Positions 52,322 through 64,000 of a stretch of 64,000 nt of DNA are shown piece by piece. The stretch is from Octopus sinensis (taxonomy: Eukaryota), in assembly GCF_006345805.1 (NCBI RefSeq), contig NC_043003.1, positions 9,424,001-9,488,000 on the forward strand, given 5' to 3'. Below the pieces are notes generated by a model that was not told where the DNA came from, did not search any database, and saw only the letters and a list, made by a program, of their open reading frames with translations. A program made the translations under genes and the position numbers. The first letter of the stretch is position 1; every line of letters starts with the position of its first letter.

Positions 52322-52625
52322 TTATTACCCACAAGGGGCTAAACATAGAAGGGACAAACAAGGAAAGACAAACGGATTAAGTCGATTACATCGACGCCAG
52401 TGCGTAACTGGTACTTAATTTATCGACCCCGAAAGGATGAAAGACAAAGTCGACCTCGGCGGAATTTGAATTCAGAAAGTAACGGCAGACGAAATAGGCT
52501 ACGCATTTCGCCCGGCGTGCTAACTGTTCTGCCAGCTCGCCGCCTTGTAAGTCGGTTATATCGACCGCAGTGCTCGACTGGTGCTTATTTTATCGACTTG
52601 GAAAGGATGAAAGGTAAAAATCGAT
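52322..52625 (-). mobile_element. SINE family A, near full length, plus adjacent partial copy
   Basis: Highly similar to 51177-51414. Confidence 0.9.
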
Positions 52626-52910
52626 GCTTTACGTTGTTGCTGTTTAACCTCAAATCAGTTTTAATCGGGAAGACCTGTCATTAAATTCCTTGCAACCGAC
52701 CCACGACATACTTCTTCAGTCATGCAGTAACGCAACCTACAGGTTTTAATGCATTTCGTTTTCAAAAGCAATAGCATGTGATTTTTAGAAATGTGGCGAC
52801 TGTATAGAAGATACCTTCGTTGAGTGCAGAAATCAACTGTGGAAGTGTGAGATGTATAGCATTTTTTGTGTGTTTCGGCGTGTGTGAGTATAAATAATTT
52901 CCAGTTTCAC

Positions 52911-53073
52911 AAGCGAAGGATTGGGTGTGTGGTAAGTAGCTTGCTTACCAATCACATGGTCCCGGGTTCAGTCCCACTCCATGGAACCTTGGGCAAGTGT
53001 CTTCTACTATAGCCTCGGGCTGAACAAAGCCTTGTGAGTGGATTTGGTAGACGGAAACTGGAAGAAGCCCGTC

Positions 53074-53113
<40 letters not shown>

Positions 53114-53350
53114 GTATGCATGTATGTGTGTGTGTATATGTTTGTGTGTCTGTGTTTGTCCCCCAGCATCGCTTGACAACCGATGCTGGTGTGTTTACGT
53201 CCCAGTAATTTAGCGGTTCGGCAAAAGAGACCGATAGAATAAGTACTAGGCTTACAAAGAATAAGCTCTGGAGTCGATTTGCTCGACTATAAAGGCGGTG
53301 CTTCCGCATGGCCGCAGTCAAATGACTGAAACGATTAAAAGAGTAAAAGA
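52911..53350 (+). mobile_element. SINE family B (upstream donor of the tandem duplication)
   Basis: Full head, internal microsatellite and tail. Confidence 0.9.
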
Positions 53351-54201
53351 GTTTATGAGGGGCTAAGGTATGATTCTGGCTGTAACATTGAGTTCTTTTG
53401 ATTCGATGATAGCAACAAATATATTGTCACTTTAGGGGCTGTTGATGGTGTAGAATTATATTTCATCAAGGCTGCAAGTGGTTCTGCAAATAGTTTTTAT
53501 TTGGTATTTGTTATATTATTTGATTTTTTCATAAAGGTTAGTAATTATATTAGGTTTCAATGTCCTTCTGCCCTAGTTATTAGATATATTTGAACATTTA
53601 AAAAGAATGTAAACAAATTTCATTCTATTCCAATTTATAAGGTTGCTGGGAACTTTGAACTAATGCACTCGCGTGCAGTTAAATAAACACATAGGCACAT
53701 ACACACACACACACACAAACACACACGTATAGACGCACAAACATACTAACATTATGACAGTTTAAAAACATATAAGTTATGTCATATTTATTTAATTAAT
53801 GAATCTAATCAATAATTGACAAGGCATCTCAGAAGCATCATATCATAATCCTTAGCCTAGAGAATAAACTAAAATAGATCATCAATACTAGAGAGAAGAA
53901 ATAAATGAAAAAGATGTACAGTTGACGGACATTTAAATGTTTCCTTTGTTAAATCATTTTCCGTTTTAGTGTCTCAGAATTGGGTGGTTGTGCATTCGAA
54001 CAATTAATTCTACAATGTTTCCGGAAAGTCCCCAGAAGAGCATAAATGTGCTTCCATGCGACCTCCTCGTGTGAATATAGTTTAAAGAAATATATCCCAT
54101 TCAAATCTAGCAAAGTCGTTGCTCATTTATCTTGTTCAATGTCTGATGCATTTTATACATTGACAGATCCAACTGAAATTGTGGCAGATTAAAGTTCAGT
54201 A

Positions 54202-54363
54202 GGCACAGGCCTGGCTGAGTGGCAAGAAGTTTGTTTCCTAGTCACATGGTTCCGGGTTCAGTCCCACTGCGTGGAACTTTGGCAATTGCCATATACTTTA
54301 GCCTTAGGTCGACCAAAGCCTTGTGCGAGGATTTGGTAGACGGAGAATAAAAACAGCCCGTCG

Positions 54364-54412
<49 letters not shown>

Positions 54413-54675
54413 TATATATATTATATATATATGTATATGTATGCATGTATGTGTGTGTGTATATGTTTGTGTGTCTGTGTTTGTCCCCCAGCATCGCTTG
54501 ACAACCGATGCTGGTGTGTTTACGTCCCAGTAATTTAGCGGTTCGGCAAAAGAGACCGATAGAATAAGTACTAGGCTTACAAAGAATAAGCTCTGGAGTC
54601 GATTTGCTCGACTATAAAGGCGGTGCTTCCGCATGGCCGCAGTCAAATGACTGAAACGATTAAAAGAGTAAAAGA
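54202..54675 (+). mobile_element. Chimeric SINE B at the duplication junction
   Basis: Its 5' half matches the copy at 55524 and its 3' half matches the copy at 52911. Confidence 0.9.
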
Positions 54676-55523
54676 GTTTATGAGGGGCTAAGGTATGATT
54701 CTGGCTGTAACATTGAGTTCTTTTGATTCGATGATAGCAACAAATATATTGTCACTTTAGGGGCTGTTGATGGTGTAGAATTTATATTTCATCAAGGCTG
54801 CAAGTGGTTCTGCAAATAGTTTTTATTTGGTATTTGTTATATTATTTGATTTTTTCATAAAGGTTAGTAATTATATTAGGTTTCAATGTCCTTCTGCCCT
54901 AGTTATTAGATATATTTGAACATTTAAAAAGAATGTAAACAATTTCATTCTATTCCAATTTATAAGGTTGCTGGAACTTTGAACTAATGCACTCGCGTGC
55001 AGTTAAATAAACACATAGGCACATACACACACACACACACAAACACACACGTATAGACGCACAAACATACTAACATTATGACAGTTTAAAAACATATAGT
55101 TATGTCATATTTATTTAATTAATGAATCTAATCAATAATTGACAAGGCATCTCAGAAGCATCATATCATAATCCTTAGCCTAGAGAATAAACTAAAATAG
55201 ATCATCAATACTAGAGAGAAGAAATAAATGAAAAAGATGTACAGTTGACGGACATTTAAATGTTTCCTTTGTTAAATCATTTTCCGTTTTAGTGTCTCAG
55301 ATTGGGTGGTTGTGCATTCGAACAATTAATTCTACAATGTTTCCGGAAAGTCCCCAGAAGAGCATAAATGTGCTTCCATGCGACTTCCTCGTGCGAATAT
55401 AGTTTAAAGAAATATATCCCATTCAAATCTAGCAAAGTCGTTGCTCATTTATCTTGTTCAATGTCTGATGCATTTTATACATTGACAGATCCAACTGAAA
55501 TTGTGGCAGATTAAAGTTCAGTA

Positions 55524-55690
55524 GGCACAGGCCTGGCTGAGTGGCAAGAAGTTTGTTTCCTAGTCACATGGTTCCAGGTTCAGTCCCACTGCGTGGAACT
55601 TTGGCAATTGCCATATACTTTAGCCTTAGGTCGACCAAAGCCTTGTGAGAGGATTTGGTAGACGGAGAATAAAAACAGCCCGTCGTATAT
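55524..55690 (+). mobile_element. SINE B 5' half followed by (AT)n/(TATG)n
   Basis: ggcacaggcctggctgagtggcaagaag...aaaacagcccgtcg; no 3' half follows. Confidence 0.85.
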
Positions 55691-55696
55691 ACATAT

Positions 55697-55767
<71 letters not shown>

Positions 55768-55773
55768 ATATAC

Positions 55774-55804
<31 letters not shown>

Positions 55805-55826
55805 TGTATGTATGTATGTATGTATG

Positions 55827-55888
<62 letters not shown>

Positions 55889-56491
55889 TATAAGTACGTA
55901 CGTATGTATACATGCATGTATGTTTGTATGCATGTATATACATATATGTGTGTGTATCTGGGTGCGTATGCATTTTGTGCGTCTGTTTAAAGTGGTATAA
56001 GTGTTTTATATATTAATAAAAAGAAAGTAGTAGAAATTTTAGATTATTATTTATTTAGCGCCTTCATCTCGTTTCTGAAAATATTTGCAAATGATGTTTT
56101 TACAGAAATGTTTTACCTTTTATATATGTATGAGTTAGTAGAAAAAATCTGGAGTTGAATAGGAAAGAGAACGCTCGTTGTTGATATGAATGTATGTGTG
56201 CGTGTGTGTATATATATATATGTGCATATATATGTGTAATGTGTGTGTACGTTTGTGTGTGTATGTGTGTGGTGAATTTTTGGCGGGTTGTTTAGAGGGA
56301 AGAAAAGAGAAAACAAAAGACAAAAGAAAGGAAGACAGGAAGAAAGAAAGAGAGGAAGGTATCTTTTTCTGAGATGGTTGAAATTGTAATGTATTCTTAT
56401 GGTGATGTACGCAGCTGTAAAAAAAAAACGGTCTTTCTCTGGGATGGGTGAAATTCAAGATATCAGCTTTTAGTCATTGTATCGTCAGTCG

Positions 56492-56597
<106 letters not shown>

Positions 56598-56666
56598 TTT
56601 AAACACGAATGTAAAATATACGTCTATATAATACATATGATGCATTATGTAACGTATGTACACACA

Positions 56667-57552
56667 TACACGTTGCGGTGAATAAAGTGTCATCTAAATA
56701 ACGCAAATATGAAAATAACTCTTGACATCTACTTTTAACATATATTTAGCAAAATTTCATTAAAAATATCTTGAAATACTAAAGAGTAAATGTATTCAAT
56801 AAAATTGCCATTGGCTTTAGTCACGGCCTCCAGACGACTTTGGAATCTCCTGCATCTTCTCTGGACGGTCTCCTTGTTAAAGTTCGTGAATGCTGCCATA
56901 ATCCTTGCTTTCAGTTCATTTTTGGTGTTACATAAAGTTTTGTTGGTCTCTCGATCAACTGCGCTTCACACATAATAACGAAGGGGATTGCAGTCTGGGG
57001 AGTTAGGTGGCCAGATATTAGGGGTGATGTGGTCGCAGAAATTGTCTGACATCCACGACTGGGTCCTCCTCCTTGTGTGGCCTGGTGCAGAGTCCTGTTG
57101 TCAGGGTCCTTCAGTAGCCACGTTCTTGACCCAGGCCAGCACTATCTCCTCCAGACACTTCATGTAGGCCTCCGTGTCGATTCTGAGGCCGTGTGGGAAG
57201 ATGAATAGAGGTATAACGACGCCATCACTAGTGATCACTCCAAACACCATGATGTTGACTGGATGTTTTATCTTTATCACTCTCGGTACATGTCCTCAGA
57301 TTGCGCTGTCCTCAAATTTACACCCGAACACTCTGAAATACACGTATTGGAGGTATCGGTGCGAATGTCAAGAAGTACAGCATGTCGTCACCAAACGTCT
57401 GGTAGAATGGATTGCGTCGTGGTGCTGATTTCCTCACAGACAGTGCCCAACTGACCCTACTACACTGTATAGTCTCCAAATCAACACAAACAATGCGCAT
57501 GCGCGAAATCAAAGATAAAAATTTTTCGACAATTTACCCATCGTATCCTGCG
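56667..57552 (-). mobile_element. Second internally deleted maT-type transposon
   Basis: KHPVNIMVFGVITSDGVVIPLFIFPHGLRIDTEAYMKCLEEIVL...QQDSAPGHTRRRTQSWMSDNFCDHITPNIWPPNSPDCNPLRYYV. There are 37 residues from QQD to the expected third catalytic position. Confidence 0.88.
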
Positions 57553-57624
57553 TTTACATCCATCCATCAATCCACACATGTATATATATCTTATATACAC
57601 TTATACATTCATTGTATATATTTG

Positions 57625-57692
<68 letters not shown>

Positions 57693-58404
57693 TTCACATA
57701 CATCTATATGTATGTATCTATGCATGAATGTATGTATATATGTGTGTATATTACATACCAGCAAAATGTTTTGAGTGTTAATGGAGGATTGAAAAAATGA
57801 TTCACAATAGACTTACGCTACTATGGTTGCAGTCACGTCTATAATCTGAGAAAGAAATCTAAAACACCCAAATCGGATTTAAAATACAAATATACGCTTG
57901 CTCAAATGTCGATTAATCTCACACAAATATGATATGCTTGAAAAGGAACATAAGTGAGTATTCAAGCACTCGCATTTGATTATCTCTCTCATAAATCACG
58001 TGTAATTCCAATCACATTTTTCGCAGAAGCTAGTCAAGTAGAGTACTTGCATGAATTAACTATATAAAATAAAGTCCAGAAGTTGTTAAAATTCAGTGAG
58101 TTGCCAAGTATATTATCCTTGCTATAAATATTGCCCAATTCGTCACTGTCTAGTTATATGATTTATTTTAAATTTCTTTCTTTTTTCCTTTTTTCTCATT
58201 CTAATCAAGCCTCTAAAAAATTCCCCACACACATATACACACACATACATACACACATGCACATACACACACATAGATTCAAAATAACAAAAGAACATTA
58301 TCTTCCCCATTCAAGTCCTGATTCTTTTCGACTAAAACCATAATGAAAGCGAAATGAAAGCGCTAAATAAACAATTATACGAAATTTCCTTTTACTTAAT
58401 ATCT

Positions 58405-58417
58405 ACGTATCTGTCTG

Positions 58418-58499
<82 letters not shown>

Positions 58500-58500
58500 C

Positions 58501-58531
<31 letters not shown>

Positions 58532-58630
58532 AATCTGCCTGTCTGTCTGTCTGTTTATCTACCTACCTACCTACCTACCTACCTACCTACCTACCTACCT
58601 ATCTATCTATCTATCGATCGATCGATAGAT
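58405..58630. repeat. (TATC)n / (TACC)n compound microsatellite
   Basis: Directly visible. Confidence 0.95.
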
Positions 58631-59232
58631 AGATAAAAATATAAATTTTTACTTGCATGGTCTCTAATAATGCATTAATGTCTTCTGTCCCTCTCCCTCT
58701 TCCTCTCTCCCCTCTCTCCCTCCCCATCTCTTTCCCTCCCATCTCTCTCCTTCCCCACTCCCTCCCCGTCTCCCACCCCTCTCTCTATATATAGATAGAT
58801 AGAGAAAGAGGGTGAGAGAGAGAGATCACAAAAGACGGCGTTATTCATGAATAATGATAGTAATTTCATTTGAATTTTGTGTGTGCTTGTTGCTGGGTGT
58901 TTATTGAGAAAAGTATGATATAACTAGAGATTATGTTACATAACCTGACTTCTACACTCGAGTGAATTTTCAGAATGGAATCAATGAAAATGTAGCAACC
59001 GCAATGTGCCGTTCTAATCTAGATCATCCCACTTATGCTATTGACGCAAAGGTGGTTACGTTTTTAAGTGTCTTTCATAAGCTATGTAACACAAGTTAAT
59101 AGCCACATGAATAGGTTGTGTCTTAACTTGTGTTTGTTATATTGATATCAATATTTCTTTTTAATGCTTAGTATACTTAAGCATACAAAAGTCATGTATT
59201 CAATTTCCAACCATTTTGCTTTATATTCTAAC

Positions 59233-59336
59233 CAAGATTGATTTTTTCCGCTATGATTTTCGAAAAATGTAGACACTGTTAAAACTAAATGCTTAGTAAT
59301 AATCCTTTCTACTCTAGGTACAAGGTCCATTGAATC
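59233..59336 (-). pseudogene. Candidate decayed exon, phase-compatible with 60074-60210
   Basis: Acceptor ttttttccctgtcgatattattag and donor CTTG|gttaga. Spliced to the upstream exon it reads G-F-N-G-P-C-T-stop; another frame gives QCLHFSKIIAEKINL. Confidence 0.25.
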
Positions 59337-60073
59337 CTAATAATATCGACAGGGAAAAAACAATGTTATTTTTGTAAATGTATATTCATTCATTGATAAC
59401 TATTTCTCGCATAACTTGTTCTTCATTATAGTTACATATACTAATTTTTAGTCTTATTTTTCATTTGATGTCTCATTTGTTTAGTAGAAGTTGCGTGGGA
59501 TACTCTTACTAGAAGTTCAAGAAGTACATTTATAATATATAACTGTATGTTTTGCTCTAATAAATTAGCATTATAGAAAGAAAGAAATTATACCATTCAC
59601 GAGCGTTATTTTAAAATCTTGCATTCAAAAAGAACTTATATAATTAGTACCTACAGTCAGACCTGAAAAGAGATATGGGTTGTTTATTTGGCATAGCCCC
59701 AAGATTTTGAGAAGGGATTTTTTCTGCCCTCTGTTACAGGTAAGAAGGGACTCTTGGGTGAAGAATTAACTTTTTAACGAATTGTTCCATTTTAAGTTTC
59801 TTCTGTTTCTTGTATGTAAATTATGCCCCCCTATGTGTGTGCTTGGCATAAATCACACATTACTTAAAGACTACGTTAAAACGTGTTCCTACATTTTATA
59901 TCTTGCCTGGATTCATTAACAGTTGAAATCAGCTTTTACATACTCTTCTCAGGCCTGACTTCAGAGCTCAACGCCTTTATTGCTTTGGTCAATATATCAA
60001 CCATTTAAGGTGAGGAGAAAATGTAGTACATCGCAAGCGAAAAAACAACAAAACTTTTCATCGTGTCTTTTAC

Positions 60074-60210
60074 CTTTTGGGACTGAAGTTTCCCCCCAGT
60101 CCATTCCGTCATAGGTCATGCCAGTGTCACATGGTATAAACTCTGATGTAAACAATCTTGGTCTTATCTCTGAGACTGTTTTTACATTAATGATCGTCTT
60201 GGTGCAATCT
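60074..60210 (-). CDS. Candidate 137-nt internal exon; peptide resembles a GPCR hormone-receptor (HormR) domain start
   Basis: gtgttttttttttag|AGATTGC...CCAAAAG|gtaaaa; open frame DCTKTIINVKTVSEIRPRLFTSEFIPCDTGMTYDGMDWGETSVPK. Confidence 0.4.
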
Positions 60211-61499
60211 CTAAAAAAAAAACACACTGTTTACAGTTGACACTAATTTTGCTTTTTCATTAACCTTTCGTACACATGACTCATCCAAACATATCAAAAC
60301 ATCTTGCATGAGTTGAGAGAATAGGGTATCCACTATGCATTATTCGGCATGCTAGAAATTGCACCTAAATCCCTAATTGACTAATAAGGAAATTTGAATA
60401 ATAATCTTTCCAACACATTCTGATTAGTTAGTATTCTAAAATTTAAGAATATGTTTGTTGATGAAGTGCTATTAAAATTCATAAACGTATCTTAGTCTAT
60501 AGAAGATGAAGAAAATAAATTATGTGAGGAAACAATTCCTACTTCTTGATAGAAGATGGCAATTATCGTCAATTAACATTTTGTGAAATTTTCTAGAGAA
60601 CACATTTGATAATTAACTTACCAATATTACAAGTTAACAGTAATTTCAAATAGTTATGTTGAAATAGAATATTAAAATAAAGAGGTTCAATTTAGTTAGG
60701 AAACTACAAAAATATAGAAAACGAGAACGGTCTATTGTACCAAACATTTAAACTTTTAAATTTACAAAACATCAAAATATACTATTGTTGCTATGTACAT
60801 AAATATATAAGGAGTAACACATACATGCATACAAATATGAACAGTTAGCATTTTTGAATTTCTATTATCTTTCTGATTCTCACAATAAACTTGAAATGGT
60901 ACTATAAGATATTCGATGCGCAAAATTACATACAAACTAAATTTCGTGACAAAGGAACATGCTCAATTATATTGAGCTCTGAATATTATTGGTAGCTATA
61001 TTATCGACCAAGAGGCGATACAAAATCAGTTATGATAAGAATTGTGTTGCAGCTAAGTAAACAGCTTAAATATATAAAAATATATAGTAATACTGATAAA
61101 AATATCAAGTTTCATTGGTGCCAAGGCTATGTGGTTAGGAAATTCTTTTGATAACTATATCGTGTACAATCCTGCTGTCCCAGAAAGACTTAATAAAGAC
61201 TTGTGAATAAATTTCGCTGATGGGAACTGTGTCACATCCTATTTGTGTTTCCATGTGATCGATTTAACCCGTTACCCAGCTCCACACCACTACTCTAAGC
61301 ATTTCCGTGTTTGAATTAAGGCTTGGTTTTTCAGTGAGAAGATAATCGTCTTTGTAAAATATGTATGCAGTGTTGTTAAATGTTGACTGATACTACTCTA
61401 GTTTTAGAGTATTAAGCAATTTTCCTACGATGTGTTTATATCATATTAATAATGTTTAGCTCAGTTCATTTTATTATGGTTATTGGTACAATTAAATTC

Positions 61500-61930
61500 A
61501 ATCAGTTATAGCAAATATAAATTCAAAAAAATTCCCTTTGTAATCGAATTCCCGCGTACTACTTATCACTCAGGTAGTCTTGCTACAATATCGAATATAG
61601 TCCCTCTGTTATTATAACCGCATTTCTGCTTTAGAGTAATTCATCTGGTCAACTGTTCGAACGAGGATTAATGAATCTTAGTTTAACTTAGTTTCCAGCC
61701 CCGCTTATTCCCCACTGAGCAAGAGAGGATGAGAGGTCTGCCATCGCAGTTGCAAACCCTAACAGATGTCTGCTCCCATGTAGATCCATATCTGCCAGGT
61801 CCTCTACCACAGTTCTCGATCACGTCTCTAAACACTTCCAGATTTAGTTGGGAACTGGGTTCCAGAAAGAAGGGGAAGAGAGAGGATGGTTCTCAATGGT
61901 CTATTCATGTACAAGTGTAGAACGTAGTCG
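61500..61930 (-). mobile_element. Possible PLE RT N-terminal relic
   Basis: SQLNLEVFRDVIEN ... SRNAVIITEGLYSIL*QDYLSD loosely follows the LExFxxxV / DKGxAVVI...DY....LSD pattern. Confidence 0.3.
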
Positions 61931-61962
61931 AACATTTTCGTTCATGTTTGGTGGAAAATGTT

Positions 61963-62400
61963 AGGTGCAGGAATGCATGTGTGGTAAGTGACTTGCTTAT
62001 CAACCACATGGTTCCGGGTTCGGTCCCACTGCGTGGAACCTTGAGCAAGTGTTTTCTACTATAGCCTCGGGCCGACTAAAGCCTTTTGATTGGATTTGGT
62101 AGACGGAAACTGAAAGAAACCCGTCGAATATATATTATATATATATATATATAATATATATATATATATACATACATACATTTGTATGTATGTATGTATA
62201 TGTTTGAGTGTCTGTGTTTGTCCCCGCTTTCATCGTTTGGCAACCAATGTTGGTGTGTTTACGTCCCTGTAACATAGCGGTTCGGCAAAAGAGACCGATA
62301 CAATAAGTACTAGGCTTACAAAGAATAAGTCCTTTGGTCGATTTGTTCGACTAAAGGCGGTGCTTCAGCACTGAAACAAGTAAAAGAATAAAAGAAAAAG
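61963..62400 (+). mobile_element. SINE family B, full length
   Basis: Same head, internal microsatellite and tail as 33497-33910. Confidence 0.9.
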
Positions 62401-63129
62401 AATATTAATGAATAACTGCAGAGATGATTTATTTGTCTGTATTAACCTTTTGAACTCTAACCCAGACAATTATTGAAGGGAAACGCAGCAAGTTGTTTGG
62501 TAGCACTGAGAACAAAAATAACTGCATTGTATTTATATTTATATTCAACATGCCTCGTTACGAATTAAAATCACGGTGCATGAAATATATTAGCAATGTA
62601 CTGAGTTGAATCCATATCTTCTAACACCTATCTCCCGAAAACATCAGTCCGGTGCCTGCTCGAAAGAAAATAGCGCTGAAATGTAAAATCTGTCTTTGAG
62701 AAATGAAATCTGAACACCTAGTTCAAGTTTGCCACAGATTGAATTACTTCAGTGCAGCATTCTGTCGAATATCATGACCTTGATAAATAAACATACTGTT
62801 GACTATTTACTGTGGATACAAATGAAAAATATTCCAGTAAGGTTTATTGCAAAACTAAACATCTAATATTAATAAATTTGGTTTCTTTCGACACTTGGTT
62901 GAAGATGCTGTTTTCTAAACAATGGATATGAAATATATAATCTACAATATTTCTTTTTTGACTCTGAAAAACTCAAAAACCACCTGCTGCAATAAAGATA
63001 TATCTCTTAAGCGAAGCCGAGTAAAATGTTGCAGCTTGTAGAATTTTTATGATACACAAAAGTGTTCCTTAGAGCCACTTGTTTTATGAATCGTAAAACG
63101 AATTAGGACTACCAAACAAGCATAAAGAA

Positions 63130-63215
63130 CATACGGAATGGGGTTAAGTCTACTACATCGACTCCAGTACTTCACTGGTATTATTACTTTTACCTTAGCG
63201 AAGGCGGAGGTATTG
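63130..63215 (-). mobile_element. Family A SINE fragment
   Basis: ggggttaagtc.actacatcgactccagtacttcactggta...gcgaaggcggag. Confidence 0.55.
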
Positions 63216-63309
63216 TTTACAGTCGTGTTTATTTGTTTGTTAGTTAGTACGTGGACAATATATCTCAAGAACTGCTGGATGGATTCGGATGAAACGTCCA
63301 GAGATATTT

Positions 63310-64000
63310 AGCCTTGTGTCTGGCACAAACTGATTAGATTTTGTGATCGATCCCGTACATGGATTCTGTATTATTTTCCGTTTTTTTTTACTTAATTTTT
63401 GAGAGCGGTTGGGTTCATTTTATAGTATTTTCGTTTGTGGGAGTAATCGAGTTTATTTCAGATATTCTCAGTTTAAAAATCATCTCTGGCACCGTCGAGA
63501 GTACGTTGGTGTTGTCGTTAGTGTTGTATATGAGTCAGTTGAGTTTGATGCGTGTACGTTCCATGTGACTACTGTTATTGTTAAACTGTTATATTACTAA
63601 ATTGCTGGATTTAATGTTGCCTGGAATTGTTTGATTTTTGTTATCTGAATTTTTGTTTTTCTTCTCCATTTATGAGTGAAGTTGTAAATAATATTGTTAT
63701 GGAGGGTAAACCAGTACAAGCGGACAGTTACGCTGCGTTGACTGGTAAAGGTCTAACAGCAGATAAACCTGCAAGTTAGAGAAATTATATTGGAAGAAAC
63801 AGACTTCAGGAAGTATAACGAACTATTGAGAAAGGAGGGAGACAGCCTGAGGTTGACGCCTCCTAAGGAAGTCGTAGAAAAAAACCCCAGAGAAGAACCA
63901 TATTATATAGAACGCTGAATATTGAAGCGGAAAAAGTGTAAATCGCAGCAGTGGAGGCGATTGAGGAGTGTTTGAGAAAGGTTAAGGTTTCAACGACGTA
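63310..64000 (+). mobile_element. Probable LINE 5' UTR plus frameshifted ORF1 start (ATG 63672), runs off the window
   Basis: A GT-rich leader is followed by MSEVVNNIVMEGKPVQADSYAALTG..., continuing in shifted frames (EIILEETDFRKYNELLRKEG; RRTILYRTLN). SYAA-type motifs are typical of LINE ORF1/gag starts. Confidence 0.45.

Larger units (their letters stand above)
53100..55740 (+). repeat. ~1.32-kb tandem duplication (two near-identical units)
   Basis: 53341 aligns with 54666 and 54201 aligns with 55523. The non-SINE sequence 53352-54200 is repeated at ~54677-55522 with only a few differences. Confidence 0.95.

Noticed and set aside
59870-60000. GAIN-like helix VDILTKAIKALSSEV on the minus strand
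   Set aside because: No acceptor site, contains a stop, and lies out of domain order relative to the candidate exons.
63272-63303. Hammerhead-like ctg-CTGGATGG-attcggat-GAAACGTC-cag
   Set aside because: The core deviates from CUGANGA at essential positions and stems are only 2-3 bp; compatible with chance, though worth including in a motif scan.

Overview
An AT-rich, gene-poor eukaryotic window almost entirely made of microsatellites and transposon relics. The SINE families and repeat landscape look like a cephalopod (Octopus-like) genome; this is inferred from recall, not from a database search. No intact protein-coding gene is evident, and nearly all ORFs in the supplied track are translated microsatellites or antisense frames of decayed elements. 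Recognisable content: about 20 tRNA-derived SINE copies with interchangeable head, core and tail modules; four decayed R4/Dong-type (restriction-like endonuclease) retrotransposons; four copies of a ~0.55-kb (TTA)n-flanked non-coding element; many Penelope-like (PLE) fragments; L1/Tx1, CR1/L2-type and RTE fragments; two internally deleted maT (DD37D-type) transposons; and two foldback mariner MITEs. The most interesting signals are a structurally complete minimal type I hammerhead ribozyme at 9015-9057, a ~190-bp inverted repeat with a decayed hammerhead core inside a PLE-like locus (41361-41858), a possible (TAA)n-targeting R4/Dong system with a non-autonomous partner, a SINE-mediated 1.3-kb tandem duplication, a strong minus-strand bias of retroelement fragments with two AG|GT ratchet-like sites on the plus strand, and a candidate GPCR hormone-receptor-domain exon pair on the minus strand. 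All protein assignments come from hand translation and motif recognition, and most boundaries are approximate.
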